DNA from: Alphaproteobacteria bacterium
GTDB taxonomy: Bacteria > Pseudomonadota > Alphaproteobacteria > GCA-2746255
Assembly (NCBI GenBank): GCA_965249135.1
Contig: OZ252220.1
Location: 736,001-800,000, forward strand
Direction of reading: 5' to 3'
DNA length: 64,000 bases
The notes beneath the pieces were generated by a model. The model worked only from the letters and a program-made list of their open reading frames with translations. It made no database searches and had not been told where the DNA came from. How positions within the stretch are numbered: the stretch's first letter is position 1; every line of letters begins with the position of its first letter. Made by a program: the position numbers and the translations under genes. Below are positions 10,628 through 19,007 of the stretch, one piece after another.

Positions 10628-12031
10628 TTAAGCGGAACATTCGATGTCGTCATCGGCGTCGTCGATCACCCACACCTTGTTGCGGCCGAGCGCCTTTGCC
10701 TTGTACATGGCGGAATCGGCCCGTTTGAGCAGTTTCTCCGCCGTATCGGACGGCCCGACGATCTGGGCGCAGCCAAGGCTCACGGTGACGGTGATGTGTT
10801 CGTCCGAACCCACGACGATCGTCCGATCGGAAAGCCCTGCGCGAACGCGCTCGGCCGTTGCCCGCACGAACTGCATCGAACAGTCCGGCATGACGACGAT
10901 GAATTCCTCTCCGCCGAGCCGCGTGACGAGGTCGAAGCTTCGAACATTCTCGCGGATACGTTTTGCCACTTCTTTCAAGACTTCGTCGCCCGTCGAATGG
11001 CCGTAGCGGTCGTTCACCTCCTTGAAGTGATCGACATCGATCATCATCAAGGTCAGGGCCTTCATGTCATGGATGGCTTCCCCTATCATCCGGGGCAGAT
11101 GGGTCTCCAGGTAACGCCGGTTATAGAGGCCGGAAAGGCTGTCCGTAACCGCCATCGCCAGGCTGTCGCGGTAATCGCTGCTCAGCCGTTCCTGATAGCG
11201 CCGGTGACGGATCTGCGTGCGGCTTCGAAGTATAAGCTCGCTGCTCTCGATCGGCCGGACCAAATAGTCATGGACACCGACCTCGAACGCCTTGGCTAGG
11301 ATTTCCTGTTCGTGCTCCTCGACGAGGACGAGTATAGGTAAGTTGCGAAGCTCTTCACGGGCACGCAGTTGGGCCACAAGCCTTAGCGAATCTTCCTTCA
11401 ATAAATCCATGCTGAGGATGACGAGCTCATACGAATCCTCAAGCGCCGAGTCGATTGCTACCGTGCCGTCCTCGAAAATCGTGACGTCGTCGTCTACGTG
11501 CGTCTGCAGGGTTTCCCGAATACGGTCGGCGCTGGCCGCGTTGTCTTCGATCACAAGAACGTTCGCCTTGCTGGCGTCTTCCCGGGAAATGGCCGGCATG
11601 CCATATTCGAGGCCGAGCTGCTCATAGGTCTCCGCCCGGCTCCGGAAGGCATCCATCATCATCTTGAGGCGCGTCAGATTGTGAACCCGCGCAAGCAGCG
11701 CCTTGTCATTGACCGGCTTCGTCAAAAAGTCGTCGGCGCCTGCCTCGAGGCCATGAATGCGATCCTTCGTCTCGCTCAATGCCGTCACCATGACGATCGG
11801 AATGTGAGCGGTTCTGGGGTTCGCTTTCACCTTCTCGCACACTTCAAAACCGTTCATGCCAGGCATCATCACGTCGAGAAGCACGATGTCTGGAGATTCC
11901 TTTTCGATCAACTCGAGTGCGGAGGGGCCGTCTACTGCCGTGATAACGTCGAAGTACTCGCTCGAAAGACGCGCTTCCAGTAACTTCACGTTTGCCGGTA
12001 TATCATCGACGATTAGGACTCGCGCGGTCAT
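10628..12031 (-). CDS. pleD: PleD-family response regulator / diguanylate cyclase (REC-REC-GGDEF)
   Basis: MTARVLIVDDIPANVKLLEARL, LLDVMMP, I-site RSFD, GGEEF; downstream of divK. Confidence 0.96.
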   Translation of the reverse strand: MTARVLIVDDIPANVKLLEARLSSEYFDVITAVDGPSALELIEKESPDIVLLDVMMPGMNGFEVCEKVKANPRTAHIPIVMVTALSETKDRIHGLEAGADDFLTKPVNDKALLARVHNLTRLKMMMDAFRSRAETYEQLGLEYGMPAISREDASKANVLVIEDNAASADRIRETLQTHVDDDVTIFEDGTVAIDSALEDSYELVILSMDLLKEDSLRLVAQLRAREELRNLPILVLVEEHEQEILAKAFEVGVHDYLVRPIESSELILRSRTQIRHRRYQERLSSDYRDSLAMAVTDSLSGLYNRRYLETHLPRMIGEAIHDMKALTLMMIDVDHFKEVNDRYGHSTGDEVLKEVAKRIRENVRSFDLVTRLGGEEFIVVMPDCSMQFVRATAERVRAGLSDRTIVVGSDEHITVTVSLGCAQIVGPSDTAEKLLKRADSAMYKAKALGRNKVWVIDDADDDIECSA

Positions 12032-12044
12032 CGTGCCTACTGCC

Positions 12045-12410
12045 CTAGCCTAGAACCTTCTTGATGGTCTCCAGGAAGTGGGGAACCGAAATCGGCTTTG
12101 CGATATAGGCCTCGCAACCGCCTTCCCGAATCTTTTCCTCGTCCCCCTTCATTGCAAAGGCGGTCACCGCGATGACGGGAATCGACTTCAGCGCTTCGTC
12201 TTCCTTGATCTGTTTCGTAATGGCCAACCCGGAAATTTCCGGAAGCTGAATATCCATCAGCACAAGATCCGGCCGTTGTTCGCGAACGATCTCAAGCGCT
12301 TCGTAGCCATCCTTCGTCTGCAACGTGCGATAGCCGTTCGCCACCAGGAGGTCCTGGAACAGCTTCATGTTCAGTTCGTTGTCTTCGACGATTAGGATGG
12401 TCTTCGGCAT
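12045..12410 (-). CDS. divK: Single-domain response regulator DivK
   Basis: [43 protein letters not shown]. Confidence 0.96.
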   Translation of the reverse strand: MPKTILIVEDNELNMKLFQDLLVANGYRTLQTKDGYEALEIVREQRPDLVLMDIQLPEISGLAITKQIKEDEALKSIPVIAVTAFAMKGDEEKIREGGCEAYIAKPISVPHFLETIKKVLG

Positions 12411-12452
12411 TCTAAGGCCCCAGCTTGTTTTTTTAAGTTTTAAACAAGGATG

Positions 12453-12468
12453 GTTAGCATATTCTTAA
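12453..12468 (-). promoter_or_regulatory. CtrA-box-like site upstream of divK-pleD
   Basis: Minus strand TTAA-GAATATG-CTAAC, one mismatch to TTAA-N7-TTAAC. Confidence 0.65.
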
Positions 12469-12533
12469 GGTTTCCCCGGCCCAAACAGCCGCTTTCCAAT
12501 GAATTTTGGTGAAAGCGGCGGCGGGCCAAGGGC

Positions 12534-13348
12534 TTAGCACTCCGGCTTGGGCAGCCAATCGATCCGCTCGAGCGTGCCGATGATCGTGAAGTCCCCGTGA
12601 TCGAAAACCATGCGTTCGGCAACGCCCGACCTCAGCAAGCGCACACCGATTTCGACTTCCGGCACGGCGTCGACCGTGCTGAATGGGAAATAGGCGAATC
12701 GTACCAGCCAGCCACGCGCGCCGGAAAGCCGTGCGAGGCTTTCCTCCTCCTTCGCCGGCTCGGCGATGAAGGGCTTGCCGATGAAGGCACTGACATTGTA
12801 AACGCCGTCCACCTTCGTCCCGTCATACAAGGGGGCCTGATAGATCTGCGCGTCGGCATCGGCGTGTTCGAGCAGGCCAAGCAGGTGTTCGGTCGGGAAG
12901 ATGACGGATGCGGGTAGATCCAGCGTCGTGTCCGATGGTTTCGAGAAGGTGACGCTGCCCGCCTCCCCCTTCGCCGGGATTTCCGCCCGGCCGAGCAGTT
13001 CTTCCCGAACCTTCCCGTTATTCCGATGCACATAATTGAAATGGAATTGAAGCCCGTCGCGGGATTCCCAGCTCGTATAGCGAACCTCGGCAAGGGACTC
13101 CTCGCCCAGGCTGTTCAACAGGACGAGCTGCGTGCTTTGCACGGATTCCCAGCCCTCACAGGATTTGGCCACTTCCATGACGAAGCCGCCGCTGGCGTTG
13201 AGGATCTGGCTGTTGCGCTTCACCTCGCCGATCGTGGCCGAGTAATAGGCCCGGTGCGAAACGAGCCCCGCCCCCGCCAGGGCCCCCTGGAAGGGGAAAA
13301 AAGAAGAAAAAACAAGAGACCGGGGATGCCCCCTCGACGGGCCGTCAT
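12534..13348 (-). pseudogene. eipB: EipB (DUF1849) periplasmic envelope-integrity protein, frameshifted in signal-peptide T-tract
   Basis: Mature part LVSHRAYY...SCEGW...YTSWES...FPTEH...PKPEC. ATG 13348 with GGGAG RBS gives MTARRGGIPGLLFFLLF, one base out of frame; one extra T restores ...FFPFQGALA/GAGLVSHRAY. Confidence 0.75.
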
Positions 13349-13381
13349 CACGCGTCTCCCTCCGTTTCGCCGCGCTCAAGC

Positions 13382-13451
13382 GCCGGCGGCAAGACCCAGG
13401 GCCGACGGCAAGACCCGGGGCCGACGGCAAGACCCGGGGCCGGCGGCAAGA
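13382..13451. repeat. 19-bp tandem repeat, about 3.7 copies (GCCGRCGGCAAGACCCRGG)
   Basis: Units at 13382, 13401 and 13420, partial unit at 13439. Confidence 0.95.
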
Positions 13452-13458
13452 AAAGACA

Positions 13459-13513
13459 AGGCAAATTCCGCCGACGGTACCGGCAAGAATGAGCCACTGG
13501 GCAATTTTTACCC
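13459..13513 (+). promoter_or_regulatory. ftr-like (FlbD-type enhancer) elements
   Basis: AGGCAAATTCCGCCG (13459-73), CGGCAAGAATGAGCC (13481-95) and GGGCAATTTTTACCC (13499-513), about 80-130 nt upstream of a sigma54 start; they resemble the CGGC-N7-GCCG dyad. Confidence 0.5.
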
Positions 13514-13564
13514 CCTTCGTTTCCGGAGAACAACCCTAACCTATTCATTTTTCAAACTTTTTTC

Positions 13565-13581
13565 TTGGCATACCCCTTGCT
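13565..13581 (+). promoter_or_regulatory. sigma54 (-24/-12) promoter of the GGDEF gene
   Basis: TTGGCATACCCCTTGCT with exact GG-N10-GC spacing, preceded by an AT-rich tract. Confidence 0.8.
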
Positions 13582-13603
13582 TCTTAACTTGGTATCCGCC
13601 AAA

Positions 13604-13664
13604 CGGGCGTGCGAAGGAAATGAGATCCGGGCGTGCACCCGGGCGTGCAAGGAAAACGAGATCG
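13604..13664 (+). repeat. Imperfect direct repeats in GGDEF 5' leader
   Basis: CGGGCGTGC at 13604, 13628 and 13640; AAGGAAA..GAGATC follows the first and third copies. Confidence 0.8.
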
Positions 13665-13667
13665 ATT

Positions 13668-14414
13668 ATGAGGACGGCGAAGCTCCAACCCGAGACGACG
13701 GGCCAAAAATTCCTGGCAAGGAACCTTGTCCAAGGGGACGGCCTTAAGCTTGGGCCTGCGCGTACGAAATGCTTGCAGCCCTGGGAGGAACATCTCCAGG
13801 GCGTCAGCCAACTGACGCTGCTCGAGCAGGCCTTGCGAATGGCGGCCGATGCCGAACGCCGACTGGCCGCGCAAGCCGACCGCATCGCCCGGCTCGAGGT
13901 CCTGACGATGACGGACGAATTGACCGGACTTCTCAACCGGCGTGGCTTCGATGCGCAACTCGGTCACGCGCTGGCCACGGCAAACCGCAACGGATCGACC
14001 GGCATCCTGGCCACCTCCGACGTCGACAATTTCAAGGAAATCAACGATCACTTTGGCCATCCGATCGGGGACGAGGTCTTGCGCGAACTCGCCCGCCGGA
14101 TCCTGGCGAACGTGCGCGAGACGGACTATGTCGCCCGGATCGGTGGCGACGAATTCGCTGTCCTGATGGTTGAAACGGAAATTGCCTATGGGCTGCGCCG
14201 GATCAAATCCTTGAACCAGTTGATCGGGCGAAGCGTCGTCACCTTGAACGGCCATCGTATTCCGGTCCATGTCAGCTTTGGGGTGGAAACCTTCGGTCCC
14301 GGCGACCGGAAAAAGGATCTGATCGGGCGGGCGGACGCCGCCATGTTCGACAGCAAGCGGCGGAAGGCTCACACATCCTCCGCCCCGGCCGCCTTGCTCA
14401 CCGACAGCCGTTAA
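13668..14414 (+). CDS. Diguanylate cyclase (short coiled-coil N-terminus plus GGDEF)
   Basis: TDELTGLLNRRGF, DVDNFKEINDHFGH, I-site RETD, GGDEF, ADAAMF; alternative in-frame ATG at 13620. Confidence 0.92.
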   Translation: MRTAKLQPETTGQKFLARNLVQGDGLKLGPARTKCLQPWEEHLQGVSQLTLLEQALRMAADAERRLAAQADRIARLEVLTMTDELTGLLNRRGFDAQLGHALATANRNGSTGILATSDVDNFKEINDHFGHPIGDEVLRELARRILANVRETDYVARIGGDEFAVLMVETEIAYGLRRIKSLNQLIGRSVVTLNGHRIPVHVSFGVETFGPGDRKKDLIGRADAAMFDSKRRKAHTSSAPAALLTDSR

Positions 14415-15109
14415 CCCGCTTCCTTACAATTCGTCCCCACGCCTTCGACACCGCAAAGCTGCACCCGCCAGGGGCTAGGCACGCCGGCTTCCAGAAGCCG
14501 CGCCATCGCGTCTGCGATCTCGGCCTCGGAATAGGGACCGGCGACCACCCGGTAGTAGCGTTCGCCGCGAATGAAGGCGGTCACGATATAGGGGGCATGG
14601 GCGGCATACTTTTCAGCCACGCGCACCGCATTCGTTCGGAAACGATAGCTGCCAAGCGCGAGGAAGGTGGCCTCGACATGCGGTACTCCCGGATAGACCC
14701 AGCGCTCGTCCACAAACCTGACGGGCGCCAGCGCCGCCATTTCTTCATCCTTCTCCGAGACTGCCGCCGCCTCCGATCCCGCCTCCGGCAGCGCCTCGGC
14801 GACGTTGAGCGGCGCCGAAACACCGGCCAGCACCACGCCCTGCTCGGTCGTGCCTTCCTTGCGGCAGATGCTTTCGCCCTGAACGATCCGGTAAAGGGCA
14901 CAATCCTCTTGTGCCGCATACGAAATCGCATGGTCGGAAACGGTCCGGCCGCTCGCCATATAGGACACGCCGTCCACGGCCAGGCTCGCCACCGTCACGG
15001 CGGGCGGCAGAGCACAGCCGCCGGCCACGAACGGCAACGACACGACCGCCGCCATCCCGATCGTCTTGCAGAGAAGTTTCACCACGTCCTGCATCGGATT
15101 TCCCGCCAT
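14411..15109 (-). CDS. Lipoprotein with C-terminal SPOR (denuded peptidoglycan-binding) domain
   Basis: Lipobox VAGGC; LALGSY..RTNA...YYRVVAGPY..A...L SPOR pattern; start could be 15094. Confidence 0.78.
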   Translation of the reverse strand: MAGNPMQDVVKLLCKTIGMAAVVSLPFVAGGCALPPAVTVASLAVDGVSYMASGRTVSDHAISYAAQEDCALYRIVQGESICRKEGTTEQGVVLAGVSAPLNVAEALPEAGSEAAAVSEKDEEMAALAPVRFVDERWVYPGVPHVEATFLALGSYRFRTNAVRVAEKYAAHAPYIVTAFIRGERYYRVVAGPYSEAEIADAMARLLEAGVPSPWRVQLCGVEGVGTNCKEAG

Positions 15110-15150
15110 TGCGAACGCGTCTAAGCTTGTTCAGATTTAAAGGGCGCGTC

Positions 15151-15165
15151 TTAACGAATCGTTAA
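15151..15165. promoter_or_regulatory. Perfect CtrA box with embedded GANTC (CcrM) site
   Basis: TTAA-CGAATCG-TTAA, GAATC at 15156-60; extra TTAA half-sites at 15137 and 15169. Confidence 0.8.
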
Positions 15166-15215
15166 GAATTAAGTCTAAGTTCAGGTGAATAAAGATAAAA
15201 TTCACGCCGACCGGC

Positions 15216-17003
15216 CTATTCCTCTTTTTTCTTAGGCGGCGGGAGTTCACGGAGATGCAGCTCACCAAGCCGCTTCGGCGTCACCGGCGAGGGCGCCTGC
15301 ATCAAAAGATCCTCGGCGTTCTGGTTCATCGGAAACGGAATCACCTCGCGGATGTTCGGCTCACCGGCAAGCAGCATGACGATACGGTCAAGGCCCGGCG
15401 CAACGCCCCCATGGGGTGGCGCGCCGAACTTGAGCGCGTTTAACATGCCGCCAAAGCGCGACTCGACGTCCGCTTGCGAATAACCGGCGATGGCGAAGGC
15501 CTTGTACATGACGTCCGGCAGGTGGTTACGGATTGCGCCGCTCGACAGTTCGACCCCGTTGCAGACGATGTCGTACTGATAGGCCTTGATGCGAAGGGGG
15601 TCTTCCTTTTCCAGCGCTTCCAGTCCTCCTTGCGGCATCGAAAAGGGGTTGTGGCTGAATCCAATTTTCCCGGTTTCCTCATCCAGCTGATAGAGCGGGT
15701 AATCGGTGATCCAGCAAAATCGAAAGGCGTCCTTCTCCAGCAGGTCCAGATCATGGCTGAGCTTGTCGCGGACGGTGCCGACGAACTTCGCCGATGCAGG
15801 TTTCGAATCGCAGACAAAGAAAAGGGAATCGCCATCGCCCACGCCGGCCGTCTCACGCAAAGCCCGCAGGCGTGCCTCGTCCAGGAACTTCGCGATCGGC
15901 CCCTTGGCAGTCCCTTTCTCAAACACGATGTAGCCGAGCCCCGCCGCCCCTTCCTCCCGCGCCCATTCGTTCAACTTGTCGAAGAAACTCCGTGGCCGCG
16001 AGGCGGTGTCGGGACCGGGGATGGCGCGAACGACGGCGCCCTTCTCGATCGCACCGGCAAAAATCTTGAAGTCCGACCCCCGAAAGGCCTCCGTCACGTC
16101 GGAAACGCGCAACGGATTGCGCAGGTCCGGCTTGTCCGTGCCGAAGATCTCCATGGCTTCGTCGTACGGAATCCGCGGGAAAGGCTGCGGGTTCACGGAC
16201 CGGCCGGCCGCGAACTCTTCGAACAGGCCATGCAGCACCGGCTCGATGGCTTCGAAGACGTCCTCCTGGGTCACGAAGGACACCTCGATATCGAGTTGGT
16301 AGAACTCGCCGGGCGAGCGGTCGGCGCGCGCGTCTTCGTCGCGAAAGCAGGGTGCAATCTGAAAGTAGCGATCGAATCCCGCCACCATCAGAAGCTGCTT
16401 GTACTGCTGCGGCGCCTGGGGAAGCGCGTAGAAACAACCGGGATGAAGGCGGCTCGGGACCAGGTAGTCGCGGGCACCTTCCGGTGAGCTGGACGTCAGG
16501 ATCGGCGTCTGAAATTCCGTGAAGCCGGCCTCCGTCATGCGGCGGCGAATGCTTGTGACGATGCCCGTGCGAAGCAGCATGTTCGCATGCATCTTTTCCC
16601 GGCGCAGATCGAGGAAACGGTATCTGAGGCGCGTTTCCTCCGGATAGTCCATCTCGCTGTTGACCTGCAGCGGCAGCATGTCGGCGGCCGACTGGACGGC
16701 GAACGCCTCGATCCGGACCTCGACATCGCCGGTCGGTAGCTCCGGGTTCGCCGTATCTTCGGAACGCGCAACGACCTTCCCGGTGACGGTGATGACGCTT
16801 TCCGTGCGCGTGTCCTCGGCGAGTTGAAAGATCGGACTCGTCGTCTCGACGACGCATTGGGAAAGCCCATAATGGTCACGAAGGTCGACAAAGAGCAGGC
16901 CGCCATGGTCGCGCTTGCGATGGATCCAGCCGGAAAGCCGCACAACCTCACCGACATGGGAGAGCCGTAACTCGCCGCAGGTATGGGTCCGGTAAGGGTG
17001 CAT
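15216..17003 (-). CDS. aspS: Aspartate--tRNA ligase (probably non-discriminating Asp/Asn)
   Basis: [34 protein letters not shown] and GAPPHGG motifs. Confidence 0.98.
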   Translation of the reverse strand: MHPYRTHTCGELRLSHVGEVVRLSGWIHRKRDHGGLLFVDLRDHYGLSQCVVETTSPIFQLAEDTRTESVITVTGKVVARSEDTANPELPTGDVEVRIEAFAVQSAADMLPLQVNSEMDYPEETRLRYRFLDLRREKMHANMLLRTGIVTSIRRRMTEAGFTEFQTPILTSSSPEGARDYLVPSRLHPGCFYALPQAPQQYKQLLMVAGFDRYFQIAPCFRDEDARADRSPGEFYQLDIEVSFVTQEDVFEAIEPVLHGLFEEFAAGRSVNPQPFPRIPYDEAMEIFGTDKPDLRNPLRVSDVTEAFRGSDFKIFAGAIEKGAVVRAIPGPDTASRPRSFFDKLNEWAREEGAAGLGYIVFEKGTAKGPIAKFLDEARLRALRETAGVGDGDSLFFVCDSKPASAKFVGTVRDKLSHDLDLLEKDAFRFCWITDYPLYQLDEETGKIGFSHNPFSMPQGGLEALEKEDPLRIKAYQYDIVCNGVELSSGAIRNHLPDVMYKAFAIAGYSQADVESRFGGMLNALKFGAPPHGGVAPGLDRIVMLLAGEPNIREVIPFPMNQNAEDLLMQAPSPVTPKRLGELHLRELPPPKKKEE

Positions 17004-17184
17004 CATCCTCCGTCTCCGGCGGCAGAGGCTGCCAATCGGTAACGTGTCTGCGCGTCCCGCGGGCAGCCGTGACGGCGGGAACAGCGCACGAAACAATCCA
17101 GTTTGTCAAGGCGTCTCGATCACCCTTGTCAGCCACAAGGGACTTCGCTTTCGCCGATACCCGTTTTTCGTGTATAGCTCGCCC

Positions 17185-18339
17185 ATGCAAGTGATTACCG
17201 ACACGGCTGCGCTTTCCAAGCTCTGCGAGCGTCTGTCTGCGACCGATTACATCACCGTCGATACGGAGTTTATCCGCGAGAAAACTTACTGGCCGCAGCT
17301 CTGCCTCGTCCAGGTAGCCGGCCCGGACGAGGCGGCGGCGATCGACCCTTTGGCAGCGGGGCTCGACCTAAGCCCGCTCCTTGAGCTAATGGCAAACAAA
17401 GACGTGCTCAAGGTGTTCCATGCCTCCCGTCAGGACATCGAAATTTTCTACCTCTTGAACGAAACGATCCCCGCCCCGCTGTTCGACACGCAGATCGCGG
17501 CGATGGCATGCGGTTTCGGCGATTCGATCGCCTATGAAACCCTCGTCAGGCGGCTAGCGAATGCCCGCATCGATAAGGCGCAACGTTTTACGGATTGGGC
17601 GCATCGCCCCTTAAGCCAGAAGCAGCTCGAATATGCGCTGGCCGACGTCACGCACCTGCGCATCATCTATGAGAAGCTCGATGCGAAGTTGAAGGCGACG
17701 AAACGAATGAGTTGGCTGGAGAGCGAGGTGAAGATCCTCACGGACCCCGGCACCTACCGTCTCGAGCCGAACAAGGCGTGGCGAAGGTTGAAGACGCGGA
17801 ATACAGACCGACGTTTTCTTGGCACCGTCCGCGAAATCGCCGCCCTTCGGGAAAGGATGGCCCAAGAGCAGGACGTGCCGCGCAATCGCATCTTGCGCGA
17901 CGATGCGATTCTCGAAATCGCCGCTCAGCTACCGGAAAGCCCGAATGATCTCCGGCGGTGCCGGGGGATCGGCAAGTCGGCGGCCGAAAATCGCCTGGGC
18001 GAGGCCATCTTGGCGGCCGTCAAGACCGCCCGCGCGCTTCCAGAAAAGGCGTTGCCGGTCCCCCTCAAGCGACCGGGAAAGCCGAGTGGCATCGGGCCGG
18101 TGGTCGACCTTCTGAAGGTGCTGCTCAAGATGCAATGCGAGGAACACTCCGTCGCCCAGAAGCTGATTGCGACCAGCGACGAAATCGAACGGATTGCCGC
18201 CGACGACGAGGCGGACGTTCCAGCACTTCGCGGCTGGCGGCGGGAAGTGTTCGGGGCCGCGGCACTCGCCCTAAAACATGGGGATCTGGCGCTTGCCATC
18301 GAGAAAGACGGGGTGCGCCTCGTCCCTTCGAAAGGCTAG
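17185..18339 (+). CDS. rnd: Ribonuclease D
   Basis: VDTEFIREKTYWP, FHASRQD, FDTQIAA and YALADV motifs, HRDC domain. Confidence 0.96.
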   Translation: MQVITDTAALSKLCERLSATDYITVDTEFIREKTYWPQLCLVQVAGPDEAAAIDPLAAGLDLSPLLELMANKDVLKVFHASRQDIEIFYLLNETIPAPLFDTQIAAMACGFGDSIAYETLVRRLANARIDKAQRFTDWAHRPLSQKQLEYALADVTHLRIIYEKLDAKLKATKRMSWLESEVKILTDPGTYRLEPNKAWRRLKTRNTDRRFLGTVREIAALRERMAQEQDVPRNRILRDDAILEIAAQLPESPNDLRRCRGIGKSAAENRLGEAILAAVKTARALPEKALPVPLKRPGKPSGIGPVVDLLKVLLKMQCEEHSVAQKLIATSDEIERIAADDEADVPALRGWRREVFGAAALALKHGDLALAIEKDGVRLVPSKG

Positions 18340-19007
18340 TTCTCGCCCCCCAGAATTTCACGGACGAAGGACACGGTGATGCGTCGCCGGCGTGCCAGGG
18401 CTGCCGCATCGAGCGCTTCGACGGCTTCGCCCGCCGTGGCGAAGGAGCGCTCGATCCGGCTTAGAAGATAGGCGACGACCTCTTCCCCGACGACGACTTG
18501 GCGATCGTTGAAGAGCTTGACCAGCACAGCGGCAAAGAGCCGGTCATCGGGGGGCCCTAGGCGGACGGCCGGAAGGGCGATCAGGCGCGAGCGAAGGTCG
18601 GCAAGCGCGATTTGCCAACGCGCCGGCGGCTCCCGATCCATCAAAAGCAGATGCCCTTTGCGTTCGGCAAGCACGTTGTAGAGATGGAGAAGCGCATTTT
18701 CGTCGCAATCGCCGCCCGCGCCCTCGACGATGCACGCCCGCGCACCCTGCAGAATCCCGCGTGGCTCGGTTGCGACGAGTGCGCTTGCCAGAACAAGCGG
18801 CGCTTTCGTCTTCGTCTGCCAGACATGTGCTAAATGCGTCTTGCCGCAGCCCGGCGGCCCGTAAAGAACAAGCCCGTTGCCCTGCCAGTCCGGCCAGCGG
18901 TCGATCCATGCGACGGCCGCCTCGTTCGAAGGGGCGACCAGGAAATCCTCATCCCCGAACGCCGGGCGGTGGCCAAGATCGAGGGGAAGCTGCAGCGCGC
19001 CGGTCAC
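18336..19007 (-). CDS. hdaA: HdaA, DnaA regulatory inactivator
   Basis: GTG start overlapping upstream stop; clamp-binding QLPL, Walker A GPPGCGKTHL, DLRSRL. Confidence 0.9.
   Translation of the reverse strand: MTGALQLPLDLGHRPAFGDEDFLVAPSNEAAVAWIDRWPDWQGNGLVLYGPPGCGKTHLAHVWQTKTKAPLVLASALVATEPRGILQGARACIVEGAGGDCDENALLHLYNVLAERKGHLLLMDREPPARWQIALADLRSRLIALPAVRLGPPDDRLFAAVLVKLFNDRQVVVGEEVVAYLLSRIERSFATAGEAVEALDAAALARRRRITVSFVREILGGEN

Noticed and set aside
13382-13451. CRISPR array
   Set aside because: The repeats are contiguous 19-mers with no unique spacers, and no cas genes are present
13026-13619. N-terminal extension of the GGDEF ORF (462 aa in track)
   Set aside because: It runs antisense through eipB and across the repeat and sigma54 promoter; the real start is 13620 or 13668
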